A stretch of 18,667 nucleotides of DNA from a bacterium (lineage in GTDB: Bacteria > SZUA-182 > DTGQ01 > JAFGSM01), in NCBI GenBank assembly GCA_049472315.1, contig JBLIRN010000051.1, forward strand, positions 1-18,667. The letters are read 5' to 3'. Below, piece by piece: positions 6,883 through 18,667 of the stretch (position 1 is the first letter of the stretch; each line of letters begins with the position of its first letter). The position numbers and the translations under genes are program-made. A model generated the notes under the pieces. That model had not been told where the DNA came from, did not search any database, and saw only the letters and a list, made by a program, of their open reading frames with translations.

Positions 6883-9800
6883 ATGATGAAATGCAGCAAC
6901 AATGCCATACACATTGAGGGTGCCCGGCAGCACAACCTGAAGGGTTTTGACTGCGCAATCCCCCTCAATCAGATCACCGTGATCACCGGGGTGAGCGGTT
7001 CGGGAAAATCGAGCCTTGCCTTCGATACCCTGTATGCCGAGGGTCAGCGGCGCTACATCGAAACCTTCTCACCCTACGCACGCCAGTTCATGGATCGCAT
7101 GGATAAACCGCAGGTTGTCCGGATCGAGGGGATTCCCCCGGCCATCGCCATCGAACAGGGGAGTCCGGTGAGGACCTCCCGCTCCACGGTGGGCACCATC
7201 ACCGAGCTCACCGATTTCATCAAGATCCTGTTTGCGCGGACCGGCGAGCTCCATTGCCGGATCTGCTCCCGGAAGGTGGTCAGGGAAACCCCCGATACCA
7301 TAGGGGATGACCTGTTCCGCGAACACCAGGGCTCGCCTATAATCATAGCATTCCCCTGCGCCAAGGCCGATCTCGACCCTGCACTGGTCAGGCAGGAGCT
7401 TATGCGGGAGGGTTTTTCCCGGATACTCGATGGGGACGATATTGTGGATATCGAGGAGTCCGGGCTCGAAGCCCCTTCTCTGCAAGTGATGGTGGATCGC
7501 CTCATGCTCTCGTCGCAGGAAAGGGCCCGGGTGATCGACTCCGTCGAACAGGCGCTCCGGTATGGCCATGGTCATGTCCTGATCAAAATCATGGGGGGAG
7601 AGCTTCTCCGCTTCAGCAGCCATCTGCACTGTCCTTACTGCGATATTCATTACAAAGACCCCGTCCCCAACCTTTTCTCCTTCAACAGCCCCCTGGGGGC
7701 ATGCAGCACCTGCCGCGGCTTCGGGAGGATCATCGATATCGACCTGGACAAGGTGATCCCCAATCCACGGATCTCCCTCGAGTCCGGCGCGATCAAGCCA
7801 TGGGACACCGATTCGTACGAGCACCGCAAGCTGATGAAATTCTGCTCCCGGGAAGGCATACCGGTGGATATACCCTTTTCCGCCCTCAGCGAGGAGCATA
7901 AGGGGATGATCATTGATGGGGGACGCCGTTTCTTCGGGGTTCGCGGCTTTTTCAAGTGGCTGGAGGGCAAGTCCTACAAGATGCACGTGCGGGTGTTCCT
8001 CTCCCGATACCGGGGATACTTCACCTGTCCCGATTGCCGGGGTGCCCGGTTCAAACCGGAGGCCCTCCTCTACCGGATACGGGGGCTTACCATCGCGGAG
8101 ATCTATTCCCTCTCCATAGACCAGGCATTCCGGTTCTTCACGGAAAACGCGGATGCTCCCCTCGATGACGCATCCAGCATGCTGGTGGGAGAGATCACCA
8201 GCCGCCTGCGCTATCTGAACGATGTAGGACTCTCCTACCTCACCCTGAACCGGCAGTCCAGGACACTCTCCGGGGGCGAGGTGGAGCGGGTGAGCCTCAC
8301 CAAGGCCCTGGGCTCATCCCTGGTCAATACCCTCTACGTGCTCGATGAGCCCAGCGTCGGCCTCCACCCCCGGGACAGCAACCGGCTGGTGATGCTGCTC
8401 AGGGAGCTCTCCGCACAGAACACGGTCGTGGTGGTGGAGCACGATCCTGAGATCATTGCAGGGTGCGACCATCTCCTCGACCTCGGCCCCGGGGCGGGGG
8501 TTGGCGGTGGAAATGTGGTCTATGCAGGCCCCCTGGCGGACATCCACACATCGCGGGATTCGGTCACCATCGACTACCTCACCGGCAGGTCGGCGATCCC
8601 GTTGCCCGCCGGGCGCAGGAAGCCCGATCCAAAAAACAGCATCCGCATCAGGGGATGCAGGGAACACAACCTGAAGAACATCGACATCACCATCCCCCTG
8701 GGACTCATGGTCTGCATCACCGGGGTCTCGGGCTCGGGCAAAAGTACCCTTGCCGAGGAGATCATCTACAAGGGGATCAGGCAGGTGAAGGGGTATGCGG
8801 TTGAAAGGCCCGGGGAATTCGACTCCATGGAGGGCACGGAGCTCATCGACAATGTCCTTCTTATCGACCAGAGCCCCATCGGGAAGACCCCCCGGGCAAA
8901 TCCCCTTACCTACATCGGGGCCTTCGATCCGATCCGCAAGCTGCTCGCCAAGACCCCACTTGCCCGGGAGCGGGGGTATACGCCGGGTGCATTCTCCTTC
9001 AATGTTCCGGGGGGACGATGCGAAACCTGCATGGGAAACGGATACGAAAAGGTGGAGATGCAGTTTCTGTCCGATGTGTACATCACCTGTCAGGACTGCA
9101 ACGGTTCCCGGTTCAGGAAGGAGGTCCTGGAGGTCACCTACAAGGGAAAAAACATCGGCGACATCCTGAACATGACCTTTGACGAGGCCGACACCTTTTT
9201 CGAGGATATCCCGTCCATCACCACCATGTTCCAGCCGATCATGGACGCGGGAATGGGATATCTCCGCATGGGTCAGCCGGTCAACACCCTGTCCGGCGGA
9301 GAGGCACAGCGGCTGAAGCTTGCCAAATACATGGGATTCAGCCCCGGCCGCAACATCCTGTATATCTTCGACGAGCCCTCCACCGGTCTCCACTTCTCAG
9401 ATATACGAAAACTGCTCGATGCATTCCAGCGCCTCATCAACGAGGGAAAGACCCTGCTCGTCATCGAGCACAACATGGATATTGCCAAATGCGCCGACCA
9501 TATCATCGACCTTGGCCCGGAGGGTGGTGACGGGGGCGGATGGGTCGTTGCCAAGGGCACCCCTGAGGAGGTTGCCTGGGTAAAGGATTCCCATACCGGA
9601 CGCTTCCTGCGGAAATACCTGGAACAGCCGCACCCTGTCTGGGTCCGGCCGGATACGCCCCCGGTTCCCGTCCGAGTGCCCCATGCGGACGCCATCGCCA
9701 TCACCGGGGCTCGGGAACACAACCTCAAAAACATTACGGTGAACATCCCCAGGGACAAGATGGTGGTGATCACCGGGATAAGCGGCTCGGGGAAATCCAC

Positions 9801-12192
9801 CCTCGCCTTTGACGTACTCTTTGCCGAAGGCCAGCGGCGCTATATCGAGAGCCTCCCCACCTATGTGCGGCAGTACCTCAAGATCATGGAGCGAAGCGAC
9901 GTCGACCTGATCACCGGCATCCCCCCGACGGTCGCCATCGAACAACGGATGAACAAGCTCCACCTTCGCTCCACGGTTGCCACCATCACCGAGATCTACC
10001 ACTACCTGCGCCTCCTCTTCAGCAAGGTCGGGACCCAGCACTGCCTGTGCGGGATACCCATAGCTCCTCAGTCTGAGGAGGACATGCTGAATCGTTTCAT
10101 AAATTACTTTAACAACCATGAGTTTCTTCTTTTATCACCGAAGGTTATAAAGCGCAAAGGAATCCACCGCGACGTCATGGAGCATGCCTTCAAAAAGGGA
10201 TACCGGCAGGCACGGGTGGACGGTGCCATGGTGGACCTGGAGCATCCTCCCTCTATCGCACGGTACAAGGAGCACTCCCTGGACGTGGCCATCGACCGGA
10301 TCCGGGTGGACCCTGAAGACAGGGAGCACCTCGCCTCAGCCATATCCCTCGCCCTCCAGGAAGGCAGGGGCCAGTTCTATGCACTAGACATGGAGAACAA
10401 CATAGAGGAGACCTTCAGCAGAAAGGGATACTGCCCGCACTGCGGCACCGCCTTCGAACCGGTGGATCCCAGGCTCTTTTCCTTCAACAGCCGTTTCGGC
10501 GGATGCCCGGCCTGCGACGGGCTGGGAATCTCAACGGAAACCGGGGAACGCTGCACCCGCTGTCAGGGCACCAGGCTGAACGAGCGCGCCCTTTCCATCA
10601 AGATCGGAGAGTATACCATCGCGGACATGGCGAGCCTCGCCGTGGAGGATGCGATACGGTTCTTCCCCTCCCTGCGTTTTTCTCCCCGGGACCGGATCAT
10701 CGCCGATCTCCTCATCCCCGAGATCATGGTTCGGTTGGCCTTTCTCCATAGGGTGGGTCTCTCCTATCTCACCCTCGATCGAAGCGGAAACACCCTGTCA
10801 GGGGGCGAGACCCAGCGCATCCGTCTGGCAGCACAGCTCGGCTCAAACCTGCGGGGGGTGTGCTACATACTGGATGAGCCCACCATCGGGCTCCACCCCC
10901 GCGATAATGCCACCCTCCTCGATGCCCTCACGGAATTGAGGGACCGGGGAAACAGCGTGATCATCGTGGAGCACGACGAGGAGACCATACGGAGGGCTGA
11001 TCACGTGCTGGATCTCGGTCCAGAGGCGGGCATGCACGGAGGCCGGGTGGTTGCCCAGGGCCCGCCGGAGGCGATCCAGGCGGAGCCGGGATCGATCACC
11101 GGAGCATGGCTCGGACATCCTGATCGTCACACCATCACCTCACGCAGCCGCGCTGCTCCGGAGAACAGGTGGCTCACGATCAAGGGTGCGTCGGTATACA
11201 ACCTCAAGGAGATCGATGTGGGCATCCCCCTCGGCACCCTGGTGTGCATCACCGGTGTGTCAGGGTCCGGCAAGAGCACCCTCCTCAGGGAGGTCATTCT
11301 CAAAGGGCTCCTGTCACTCTTCGATCGAAAGGGCATCCCGGGGCATACCTGCAGGCAGATCGAAGGGTGGGAGCATCTGGAACGCGTGCTCGAGGTGGAC
11401 CACTCCCCCATCGGCAAGACACCCCGTTCAACGCCCGGCACCTATATCGGTTTTCACAACGCCATCCGCAGGCTCTTTGCCATGCTCCCCGAATCGCGGA
11501 TGCGCGGGTATCAGGGGGGGCGGTTCTCCTTCAACGTGAAGGGAGGCCGGTGCGAGGCGTGCCAGGGCCAGGGAAGGATCAGGGTGGAGATGAGCTTCCT
11601 TCCCGATGTGTATGTGGAGTGCGAGGTATGCGGGGGAAAACGGTTCAACGAGGAGACCCTCGGCGTCACCTACCGGGGGAGAAACATCGCCGAGGTCCTC
11701 GACCTGACCATCGAGGAGGGCCTTGATTTCTTCTCCGCCGTACCGCAGATCGCGCACCCCATAAAGATCCTGAACGACATGGGACTCGGGTATCTCCACA
11801 TAGGCCAGGCGAGCAACACCCTCTCCGGCGGGGAGGCCCAGCGCATCAAACTGGCCTCCGAACTGACCAAGAAGAGCCATGGGAAGACCCTGTACATCCT
11901 CGACGAGCCCACGACCGGTCTCCACCTCGCGGACATCAAGAAACTCATGGGGGTGCTCCAAAGGCTGGTGGACCTGGGAAACACGACACTGATCATCGAA
12001 CACAACCTGGAGGTCATCAAGGAGGCCGATTACATCATCGACCTCGGTCCGGAAGGAGGGGCCGGGGGAGGAAGGGTTGTTTTTGAGGGATCACCGAACG
12101 ACCTGTGCGCACAGGACACCATATCCCACACGGCCCGATTTCTCAAGGCATACCTGGAATCCGTGTGTCTGCCGTACAACACCCATGCATAG
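6883..12192 (+). CDS. uvrA: Double-length (tandem-fused) excinuclease ABC subunit A
   Basis: Four Walker A motifs (GVSGSGKS x3, GISGSGKS), four LSGGE signatures, four Walker B DEP(S/T).GLH motifs, two AEGQRRYIE motifs, two FSFNV.GGRCE.C.G.G zinc fingers. Start moved from the track's 6829 to ATG 6883 because of RBS GAGGT at 6871-6875. Confidence 0.95.
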   Translation: MMKCSNNAIHIEGARQHNLKGFDCAIPLNQITVITGVSGSGKSSLAFDTLYAEGQRRYIETFSPYARQFMDRMDKPQVVRIEGIPPAIAIEQGSPVRTSRSTVGTITELTDFIKILFARTGELHCRICSRKVVRETPDTIGDDLFREHQGSPIIIAFPCAKADLDPALVRQELMREGFSRILDGDDIVDIEESGLEAPSLQVMVDRLMLSSQERARVIDSVEQALRYGHGHVLIKIMGGELLRFSSHLHCPYCDIHYKDPVPNLFSFNSPLGACSTCRGFGRIIDIDLDKVIPNPRISLESGAIKPWDTDSYEHRKLMKFCSREGIPVDIPFSALSEEHKGMIIDGGRRFFGVRGFFKWLEGKSYKMHVRVFLSRYRGYFTCPDCRGARFKPEALLYRIRGLTIAEIYSLSIDQAFRFFTENADAPLDDASSMLVGEITSRLRYLNDVGLSYLTLNRQSRTLSGGEVERVSLTKALGSSLVNTLYVLDEPSVGLHPRDSNRLVMLLRELSAQNTVVVVEHDPEIIAGCDHLLDLGPGAGVGGGNVVYAGPLADIHTSRDSVTIDYLTGRSAIPLPAGRRKPDPKNSIRIRGCREHNLKNIDITIPLGLMVCITGVSGSGKSTLAEEIIYKGIRQVKGYAVERPGEFDSMEGTELIDNVLLIDQSPIGKTPRANPLTYIGAFDPIRKLLAKTPLARERGYTPGAFSFNVPGGRCETCMGNGYEKVEMQFLSDVYITCQDCNGSRFRKEVLEVTYKGKNIGDILNMTFDEADTFFEDIPSITTMFQPIMDAGMGYLRMGQPVNTLSGGEAQRLKLAKYMGFSPGRNILYIFDEPSTGLHFSDIRKLLDAFQRLINEGKTLLVIEHNMDIAKCADHIIDLGPEGGDGGGWVVAKGTPEEVAWVKDSHTGRFLRKYLEQPHPVWVRPDTPPVPVRVPHADAIAITGAREHNLKNITVNIPRDKMVVITGISGSGKSTLAFDVLFAEGQRRYIESLPTYVRQYLKIMERSDVDLITGIPPTVAIEQRMNKLHLRSTVATITEIYHYLRLLFSKVGTQHCLCGIPIAPQSEEDMLNRFINYFNNHEFLLLSPKVIKRKGIHRDVMEHAFKKGYRQARVDGAMVDLEHPPSIARYKEHSLDVAIDRIRVDPEDREHLASAISLALQEGRGQFYALDMENNIEETFSRKGYCPHCGTAFEPVDPRLFSFNSRFGGCPACDGLGISTETGERCTRCQGTRLNERALSIKIGEYTIADMASLAVEDAIRFFPSLRFSPRDRIIADLLIPEIMVRLAFLHRVGLSYLTLDRSGNTLSGGETQRIRLAAQLGSNLRGVCYILDEPTIGLHPRDNATLLDALTELRDRGNSVIIVEHDEETIRRADHVLDLGPEAGMHGGRVVAQGPPEAIQAEPGSITGAWLGHPDRHTITSRSRAAPENRWLTIKGASVYNLKEIDVGIPLGTLVCITGVSGSGKSTLLREVILKGLLSLFDRKGIPGHTCRQIEGWEHLERVLEVDHSPIGKTPRSTPGTYIGFHNAIRRLFAMLPESRMRGYQGGRFSFNVKGGRCEACQGQGRIRVEMSFLPDVYVECEVCGGKRFNEETLGVTYRGRNIAEVLDLTIEEGLDFFSAVPQIAHPIKILNDMGLGYLHIGQASNTLSGGEAQRIKLASELTKKSHGKTLYILDEPTTGLHLADIKKLMGVLQRLVDLGNTTLIIEHNLEVIKEADYIIDLGPEGGAGGGRVVFEGSPNDLCAQDTISHTARFLKAYLESVCLPYNTHA

Positions 12193-12296
12193 GGTCACAT
12201 GACACCCATGTGTGGTATGATGCCGTAGCGCAGGTAGCCGCACACGAATGGTGATCGGCAAATGAAGCCGCTCGGATACATGGTTGGAGAATAAGA

Positions 12297-13640
12297 ATGT
12301 CGGAAAGGCAAAAAAAAGGCGAGCCCAGGATAATCGCAATCTTTGTCCTGGCCCTATCGCTCGCCGTGGTTTTCGTAAGTGCCTGTCGAGTAAAAGGCAA
12401 ACCCACAATCTACCAGGAGAGGAAAGAATCGACCGAATGTGAAGACACGCTGAGCGGTTTTCACTTCGGAAATGCGGCGGAAGAGCAAAGGGCTACATAT
12501 CCGGCCAAGGTTGGTCGAAGGGAACTCGAAAGGGCAATCGACGAGTGTGCGAAGTATCTCGTTCGGATGTGTGATGCCGAAGGGAAGTTCACCTATCGCG
12601 TCAATATCGATCCCACGGTCGAGGTTAAGCCCAGGTACAACATGGTGCGGCACGCGGGAACCATCTACTCGCTGGTCGACTACTACCATTGGAAAAACGA
12701 CCAACAAGTGCTCGATGCCGTGAATCGAGCCTTGGGGTTCATGAAGAAAAAGGGGATTGGTCCGGTTCCCGAATCGGGCGGTCTGTCTGCGGTGTGGTCT
12801 CCACCCGAACTGGAAGGGCGCACAGGCGAGCCTATGCAGGCCAAGCTCGGCGGCACCGCATTGGGATTGGTTGCCGCGATCGGAGTCGAAAAAATCAATC
12901 CCGGGATCATCTCGCTTGATGAGCTCACGCAAATGGGCAGATTCATAGTCTTCATGCAGAAGGAGGATGGGAGCTTCTATTCCAAGTACATACCTTACAT
13001 AGGCGGCAGGGAAGACAGTTGGACCTCGCTTTACTATCCAGGAGAGGCCGCTTTAGCCCTTGTGATGCTTTACGTTCGGGATGGATCCCCCGTCTGGCTG
13101 AACGCCGCTCTTCATGCGGTCGGCTATCTGGCAAAAATACGGGAGCCCGAGGACCAGGTTGAGGCCGACCACTGGGTACTCATTGCAACGGAAATGTTGC
13201 TCGATCATTACGAAAAAACGGACAAGAGCGTTTCAAGAGATTTGTTGGAGAAACACGCGTTCAAAATCGTGTCCTGCATAATGAGAAACCGACCGTACAT
13301 TCCCGATACGTCCCCCCTGCACGGGATGTTGATCTCTGAGGGTCGAACCACTCCTACAGCCACGCGGCTGGAAGGACTTTTGGCCATGTTCGATGTGGTC
13401 AATAACACACCATCAATGGAGCCGGACAAGGTGGCCGAGGCCATACGGGGCGGCATAGCGTTTCTCGTCAGATCCCAGATACGGGAGGGTGAATTCAAGG
13501 GCGGCATTCCCCGGGCTATCCGCCGGGAACCCGATGCGCCGCTCTACTATAACGATAGGGCCACCGAGATTCGAATCGACTACGTGCAGCACACCTTAAG
13601 CGCCATGATTCGATATGCCGAATCACCCCTGGCCGACTGA
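12297..13640 (+). CDS. Predicted lipoprotein, probable alpha/alpha-toroid (six-hairpin-glycosidase-like) fold; function unknown
   Basis: Basic N-terminus, hydrophobic stretch and lipobox VSA|C; spaced motifs YNMVRHAG, KLGG.ALGL, Q.EDGSF, YYPGEA.LAL, DHW, ATRLEGL, RIDYVQH.LSA. The fold is inferred. Confidence 0.75.
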   Translation: MSERQKKGEPRIIAIFVLALSLAVVFVSACRVKGKPTIYQERKESTECEDTLSGFHFGNAAEEQRATYPAKVGRRELERAIDECAKYLVRMCDAEGKFTYRVNIDPTVEVKPRYNMVRHAGTIYSLVDYYHWKNDQQVLDAVNRALGFMKKKGIGPVPESGGLSAVWSPPELEGRTGEPMQAKLGGTALGLVAAIGVEKINPGIISLDELTQMGRFIVFMQKEDGSFYSKYIPYIGGREDSWTSLYYPGEAALALVMLYVRDGSPVWLNAALHAVGYLAKIREPEDQVEADHWVLIATEMLLDHYEKTDKSVSRDLLEKHAFKIVSCIMRNRPYIPDTSPLHGMLISEGRTTPTATRLEGLLAMFDVVNNTPSMEPDKVAEAIRGGIAFLVRSQIREGEFKGGIPRAIRREPDAPLYYNDRATEIRIDYVQHTLSAMIRYAESPLAD

Positions 13641-13821
13641 TATGATAAGCAATTGCTTTGCCTTGTGCGATCTTGTACTGGGAGAATGTGTTCGTTTTTC
13701 ACGGTTGTTCCTGATTGACAAATCCGGAGCGGCACACTATATTTTGCTCCGAAAATAGAATCGTATTTTCATGCTTCGTGGCGCCACAAAGTGGCATGAG
13801 CGTTTATCCTGAAAAGGCGTG

Positions 13822-14152
13822 TTCCTATCAGTCTATCAGAAAAACGGGTCAGGAATTCAATAACAGTAAAGACAGAAAAGGTGCCTTCCGGCAGGAGCGG
13901 TATCATGCGAATGCTTTAGCCACAGACGATCATTTAATTCGATGCATGGATATTTCAGACAGAGCGGTAAGTCTGCAGCCGGAGGACAATACAATTCACT
14001 GGCAATATGGGCCAGATGACTATCTGGATTCGAATATGAGCTTAGAAGGATCAATTTGAGCCAAAAAAGAAAGTTCTAAGCCAGAAAACAGGTAATTATT
14101 TTGCATCAATAGATAGAAAATCAATATGTTAACTTGGTCTGACCCGGTCAGA
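13822..14152 (+). pseudogene. Eroded Y1 HUH transposase fragment (RAYT/IS200-like) with terminal palindrome
   Basis: Translates as KTGQEFNNSKDRKGAFRQERYHANALATDDHLIRCM, resembling the R.G..W..RY......D.HL..C segment of Y1 transposases. The N-terminal HUH region and the downstream Y-containing motif are absent. Ends at the inverted repeat TCTGACC-C-GGTCAGA (14138-14152). Confidence 0.6.
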
Positions 14153-14254
14153 TGTCCGAAATTTTTCTTTTACTTCTCTTTGATGATTATTCGGGTGTTT
14201 GACTTGGTTAAATTCAGGAAGGCCTGCCCCGATTGAAAGAACGGCACAATGAAG

Positions 14255-16321
14255 TCAGGGGGTATCGAAGGGGAAGGCCTGAAGTTTTCCGCGTACGAAC
14301 CCACCTTCGCCATAGGTCACGTACTCATCCGCTTTCAGCCCTGGACCATAATGGTAAACGCGTTTGCGGGGCAGGTCGACGACCGTGCGAAAGGTGTGGT
14401 TGAGGTACACCGCCGTATTGTAGTAACACTCCTCATCGTCGGGGTGCTTTCCCCCCTGGAACGGCGAGAGCATCAACCGCTTGCTTCGACCTGAAGGGAG
14501 ATGGAGAACCTCGAGGCAGGAGAGCCTTTGCTCTCCGTCTTGGAGTCCCACGAGACGAACAACATATTCCATTTCGTCGTATGTCCGGAACTGCCCGATC
14601 TCGTAGTCGATAGCAGGATAGACCATGAGATGCAGCCGGTAGATGTCGCTGCGCACTATATTTTTCATAGTCCCCATAAACTCCATCCACGCCTTGACAT
14701 ATCGGCCAGCCGCCTCGATGCTTTCCACCGCGTGGGCAGTGGACAATTGTAACTGGGCTGTTTTTAGGTACTGCGAATCGCCTGTTCTGTTGAAGCTCTG
14801 CATGTTGTAATAGGCTTGGGAGCGGGCAAGGGCGGCGGATGGGTTCGGTGTTCCAACAGGTTGGCCAGGATATATGGTCTCGATTTTGCCGAGCTTCTTT
14901 TGGATCTCGGTGCGTTTCTCAGTGGTGATCGAGCGCCAGAGCGGCTCAAACCTATGGTGGTAGCGTAGCGCTGTTCCGTCCCTTTTCCAAACGGCCGCGT
15001 TCCACTCGTTCACCACCATGATGGAGCCATCCATAACCGATATCCTATGGGGCGAGTACTCATCCTCCCACGGCACGCTCTGCTCGAAGAGCAGACTGCC
15101 GTCCTCCTTATTCAAAGCGATGAGGCGATCGGTGGTGGTGAACAGAACGGCACCTGCATCCTCGATCACGCCGCTCTTGATGAACGTCTTGCACCTGAAT
15201 TCCCAAAGCAGGATACCATCTTCAGCATTAAGCCAATAGAGATAAGGGTAATTTTTTTTCCTCCAAAACGCCTTCTCATCGTAGGAAACAACTGCGAGGT
15301 GCTTTCCCGTATAATAAATGGCGGAGGCATGCTTGTCGACTTCAGATATCACCCACAGCTCCTTGCCGGAGGCCGCATCTAATGCCATGAAGCCCTTTTC
15401 CGTCTGCATGTAAAGCCGCTCATCCACGAGCAGGGGCTGTGAGCCTCCCTTGAACTTAAGATCCTGTCGTTCCCAGACTTTTTCTCCATTAGGCAGTCTC
15501 CGGTACACCACCCCGCTGCCAAAGAGCAGCAGGCCGTCGCCATACTCGAGGGGGATAGCGCTTGTGCACTCGTCGTGACGTTCGCTCTTCCATGCCGGCT
15601 TGGGAAGTCCGGTTTTGATGTCCACCGCTTTCACACCACACCCCTTCCCCTTCTCCTCTTGGATGTCGAAGGAATACACGAGGAGCCCGTGTCTCTCAAC
15701 CAGTTGGTAGTAACGCAATTGTTCCACGCTTAACTCACAGAGCTTCCTTCCACCCCGGCTCTCAAGCAAAATAAGCTTCGTCTCGCCAGGAACACCTTCA
15801 ATGGTGTGGTTGAGGACCTGAATGAGCAGATAATCCCCCAACTCGTTGATCTCGTAAAGGCCGTTGGCGGTGATGGAAGTTTTCCATATTTCCTTGCCGG
15901 TTAGTCCGTCCAAGCGAATAATCATCGAGTCGGCGGGCCATTCCGAGCAGGATTTAACCAACTTAATGGTGCCGTAGCGGTATTCCATTTCCGTGGGGCT
16001 CACAATCACGAGCGATCCGTCTGAGAGGATCTTCATGGAGACGATGAAGGGAGGCTCTACCCCTTTGAAGATGAGGTGCGAATTCTCAGGACGGGCGAAC
16101 CCGTTAAGGCTCTCATTCAATTTCGCTGCGGTTATGGAGTGCTCGGGAGGATACTGCCACAGGCAATCCGGCTGCTCCGCAGCATAGGACTGGATGATTT
16201 CATCCTTGTAAACAGGCACGTTACGTTTCAGTACATGGCCTGCGCAACCGGTGAGCAGTAGCCCGCAAGAAAGCAATGCCAAAGATAATGATACCCCGCA
16301 ATGTTTTATCTTGCCGGCCAT
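14255..16321 (-). CDS. Predicted lipoprotein with PQQ-like/BamB-like beta-propeller repeats and an uncharacterised C-terminal region
   Basis: Lipobox LLLTG|C; repeats LDGLTGKEIW, AVDIKTG...W, NGEKVW, ALDAASGKELW, LNAEDGILLW, ALNKEDGSLLF; RBS AAAGGAG at 16327-16333 on the minus strand. Confidence 0.85.
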   Translation of the reverse strand: MAGKIKHCGVSLSLALLSCGLLLTGCAGHVLKRNVPVYKDEIIQSYAAEQPDCLWQYPPEHSITAAKLNESLNGFARPENSHLIFKGVEPPFIVSMKILSDGSLVIVSPTEMEYRYGTIKLVKSCSEWPADSMIIRLDGLTGKEIWKTSITANGLYEINELGDYLLIQVLNHTIEGVPGETKLILLESRGGRKLCELSVEQLRYYQLVERHGLLVYSFDIQEEKGKGCGVKAVDIKTGLPKPAWKSERHDECTSAIPLEYGDGLLLFGSGVVYRRLPNGEKVWERQDLKFKGGSQPLLVDERLYMQTEKGFMALDAASGKELWVISEVDKHASAIYYTGKHLAVVSYDEKAFWRKKNYPYLYWLNAEDGILLWEFRCKTFIKSGVIEDAGAVLFTTTDRLIALNKEDGSLLFEQSVPWEDEYSPHRISVMDGSIMVVNEWNAAVWKRDGTALRYHHRFEPLWRSITTEKRTEIQKKLGKIETIYPGQPVGTPNPSAALARSQAYYNMQSFNRTGDSQYLKTAQLQLSTAHAVESIEAAGRYVKAWMEFMGTMKNIVRSDIYRLHLMVYPAIDYEIGQFRTYDEMEYVVRLVGLQDGEQRLSCLEVLHLPSGRSKRLMLSPFQGGKHPDDEECYYNTAVYLNHTFRTVVDLPRKRVYHYGPGLKADEYVTYGEGGFVRGKLQAFPFDTP

Positions 16322-16400
16322 AATAGCTCCTTTCCGGCTCCAACTTCTGAGGGTTTGTGTTTATTGTTTATGTTTATAAGGAATTGCTTTTCTGCACAAA

Positions 16401-16429
16401 ATTATAGGCAGGATTATTAATTTTGTCAA
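16401..16429 (-). promoter_or_regulatory. Perfect-consensus sigma70 promoter for the beta-propeller lipoprotein gene
   Basis: Minus strand reads TTGACA (16429-16424), 17 nt, TATAAT (16406-16401). Confidence 0.85.
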
Positions 16430-16510
16430 TACAAATTTTCAACCAGAACTTAGCAAATGATGAATTTAGGAATGGTGTACTGGAAAAGGAGAATCGCCGG
16501 AGAGGGGAAA

Positions 16511-16875
16511 ATACCCTGAAAAGGCCAAAGGAGGTTATTTCAAATATGATCGAAAGCTCTTAGGGAGGCTTTGTGTGTGCGCATGGCAGACGATAAAGGA
16601 TTTTTTTGGTGAGTGCCTTCCCGAGGGCACAGTCCCGGGAGCGGTTATATCCATTCAGACCTGCGGCAATAAGGCAGCCAATTTCCATCCCCATCTGTAT
16701 GGACTGGTCACGAAAGGGGGACCTTCCATCCCCTGCCCTGGATCGATACCCAAAACATGGCGATTCTGTTCATGAATAAGGTCTTTACCATGCTTATCGC
16801 TGAGGAAAAGATATCCGTGGGCCTCGTTCAAAAAGTCGCTTCATGGCCCCACTCGGGATTTAATATCCACATCGA
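16511..16875 (+). pseudogene. Internal fragment of an IS91-family (Y2 HUH) transposase, frameshifted
   Basis: One frame gives YFKYDRKLLGRLC..AW.....VPGAVISIQTCG..ANFHPHLYGLVT.GG. After a shift near 16720 another frame gives LF.NKVF.MLI.E.KI....V....SWPHSGFNIH. Both segments resemble IS91-like transposases; HPHLH is altered to HPHLY and both ends are missing. Confidence 0.75.
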
Positions 16876-16939
16876 TTCTCATTCTCTGGTAAATCATTCA
16901 CCTTTTCCCCTTCTGATAAATTTTTTCTGAATATTTGCC

Positions 16940-16969
16940 TTGACAAGAATTGAAAATTCTGTTTATGCT
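16940..16969 (+). promoter_or_regulatory. Putative sigma70 promoter for ligA
   Basis: TTGACA (16940-16945), 18 nt, TATGCT (16964-16969). Confidence 0.55.
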
Positions 16970-17087
16970 TTATCCTGAAATACGGTACAATCAATTGTTT
17001 TCCTTTCTTCCTTAACCAAGGAAAACTTTAAAAAAATGGAACATGCAGGGTAGATCTGCCGCACCGCGGCACGCCGTGCCGTAATGA

Positions 17088-18667
<1,580 letters not shown>

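Noticed and set aside
7069..12020. Many overlapping or antisense ORFs within uvrA (e.g. 7069-7986, 8314-9393, 9397-10119)
   Set aside because: Typical stop-poor shadow frames of a GC-rich gene; no recognisable motifs.
12174..12289. Complete attC site or target-site duplication after uvrA (ACACCCATG twice, at 12179 and 12202)
   Set aside because: The L boxes are not complementary at canonical spacing, and the 9-bp repeat has no partner I could find at the other island end.
13715..14059. 114-aa ORF as a real gene
   Set aside because: TTG start; only its middle part resembles a transposase, so it is treated as a pseudogene fragment.

Overview
Bacterial chromosomal window with GC-rich codon usage; the protein families resemble those of Desulfobacterota/Myxococcota-like lineages (taxonomy is inference only). 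Left to right: (1) the 5' part of a minus-strand gene, missed by the ORF track, with an atypical RomR-like receiver domain and a repetitive acidic linker; (2) larB-larC for nickel-pincer cofactor biosynthesis, then a GalT-family nucleotidyltransferase; (3) a stand-alone secreted Gly/Tyr/Met-rich protein with (GGY/F)9 repeats, with a candidate sigma54 promoter, a ~290-nt structured leader and a strong terminator; (4) a NucS/DUF91-like PD-(D/E)XK nuclease divergent from a double-length, asymmetric UvrA, with degenerate repeats between them; (5) an apparent ~4.7-kb accessory island with two convergent lipoprotein genes and remnants of two different HUH transposases (Y1/RAYT-like and IS91-like); (6) the 5' part of ligA, also missed by the ORF track. 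The best novelty candidate is the sigma54 + structured leader + GGY-protein unit. All calls come from reading motifs by eye; no searches or folding computations were run.
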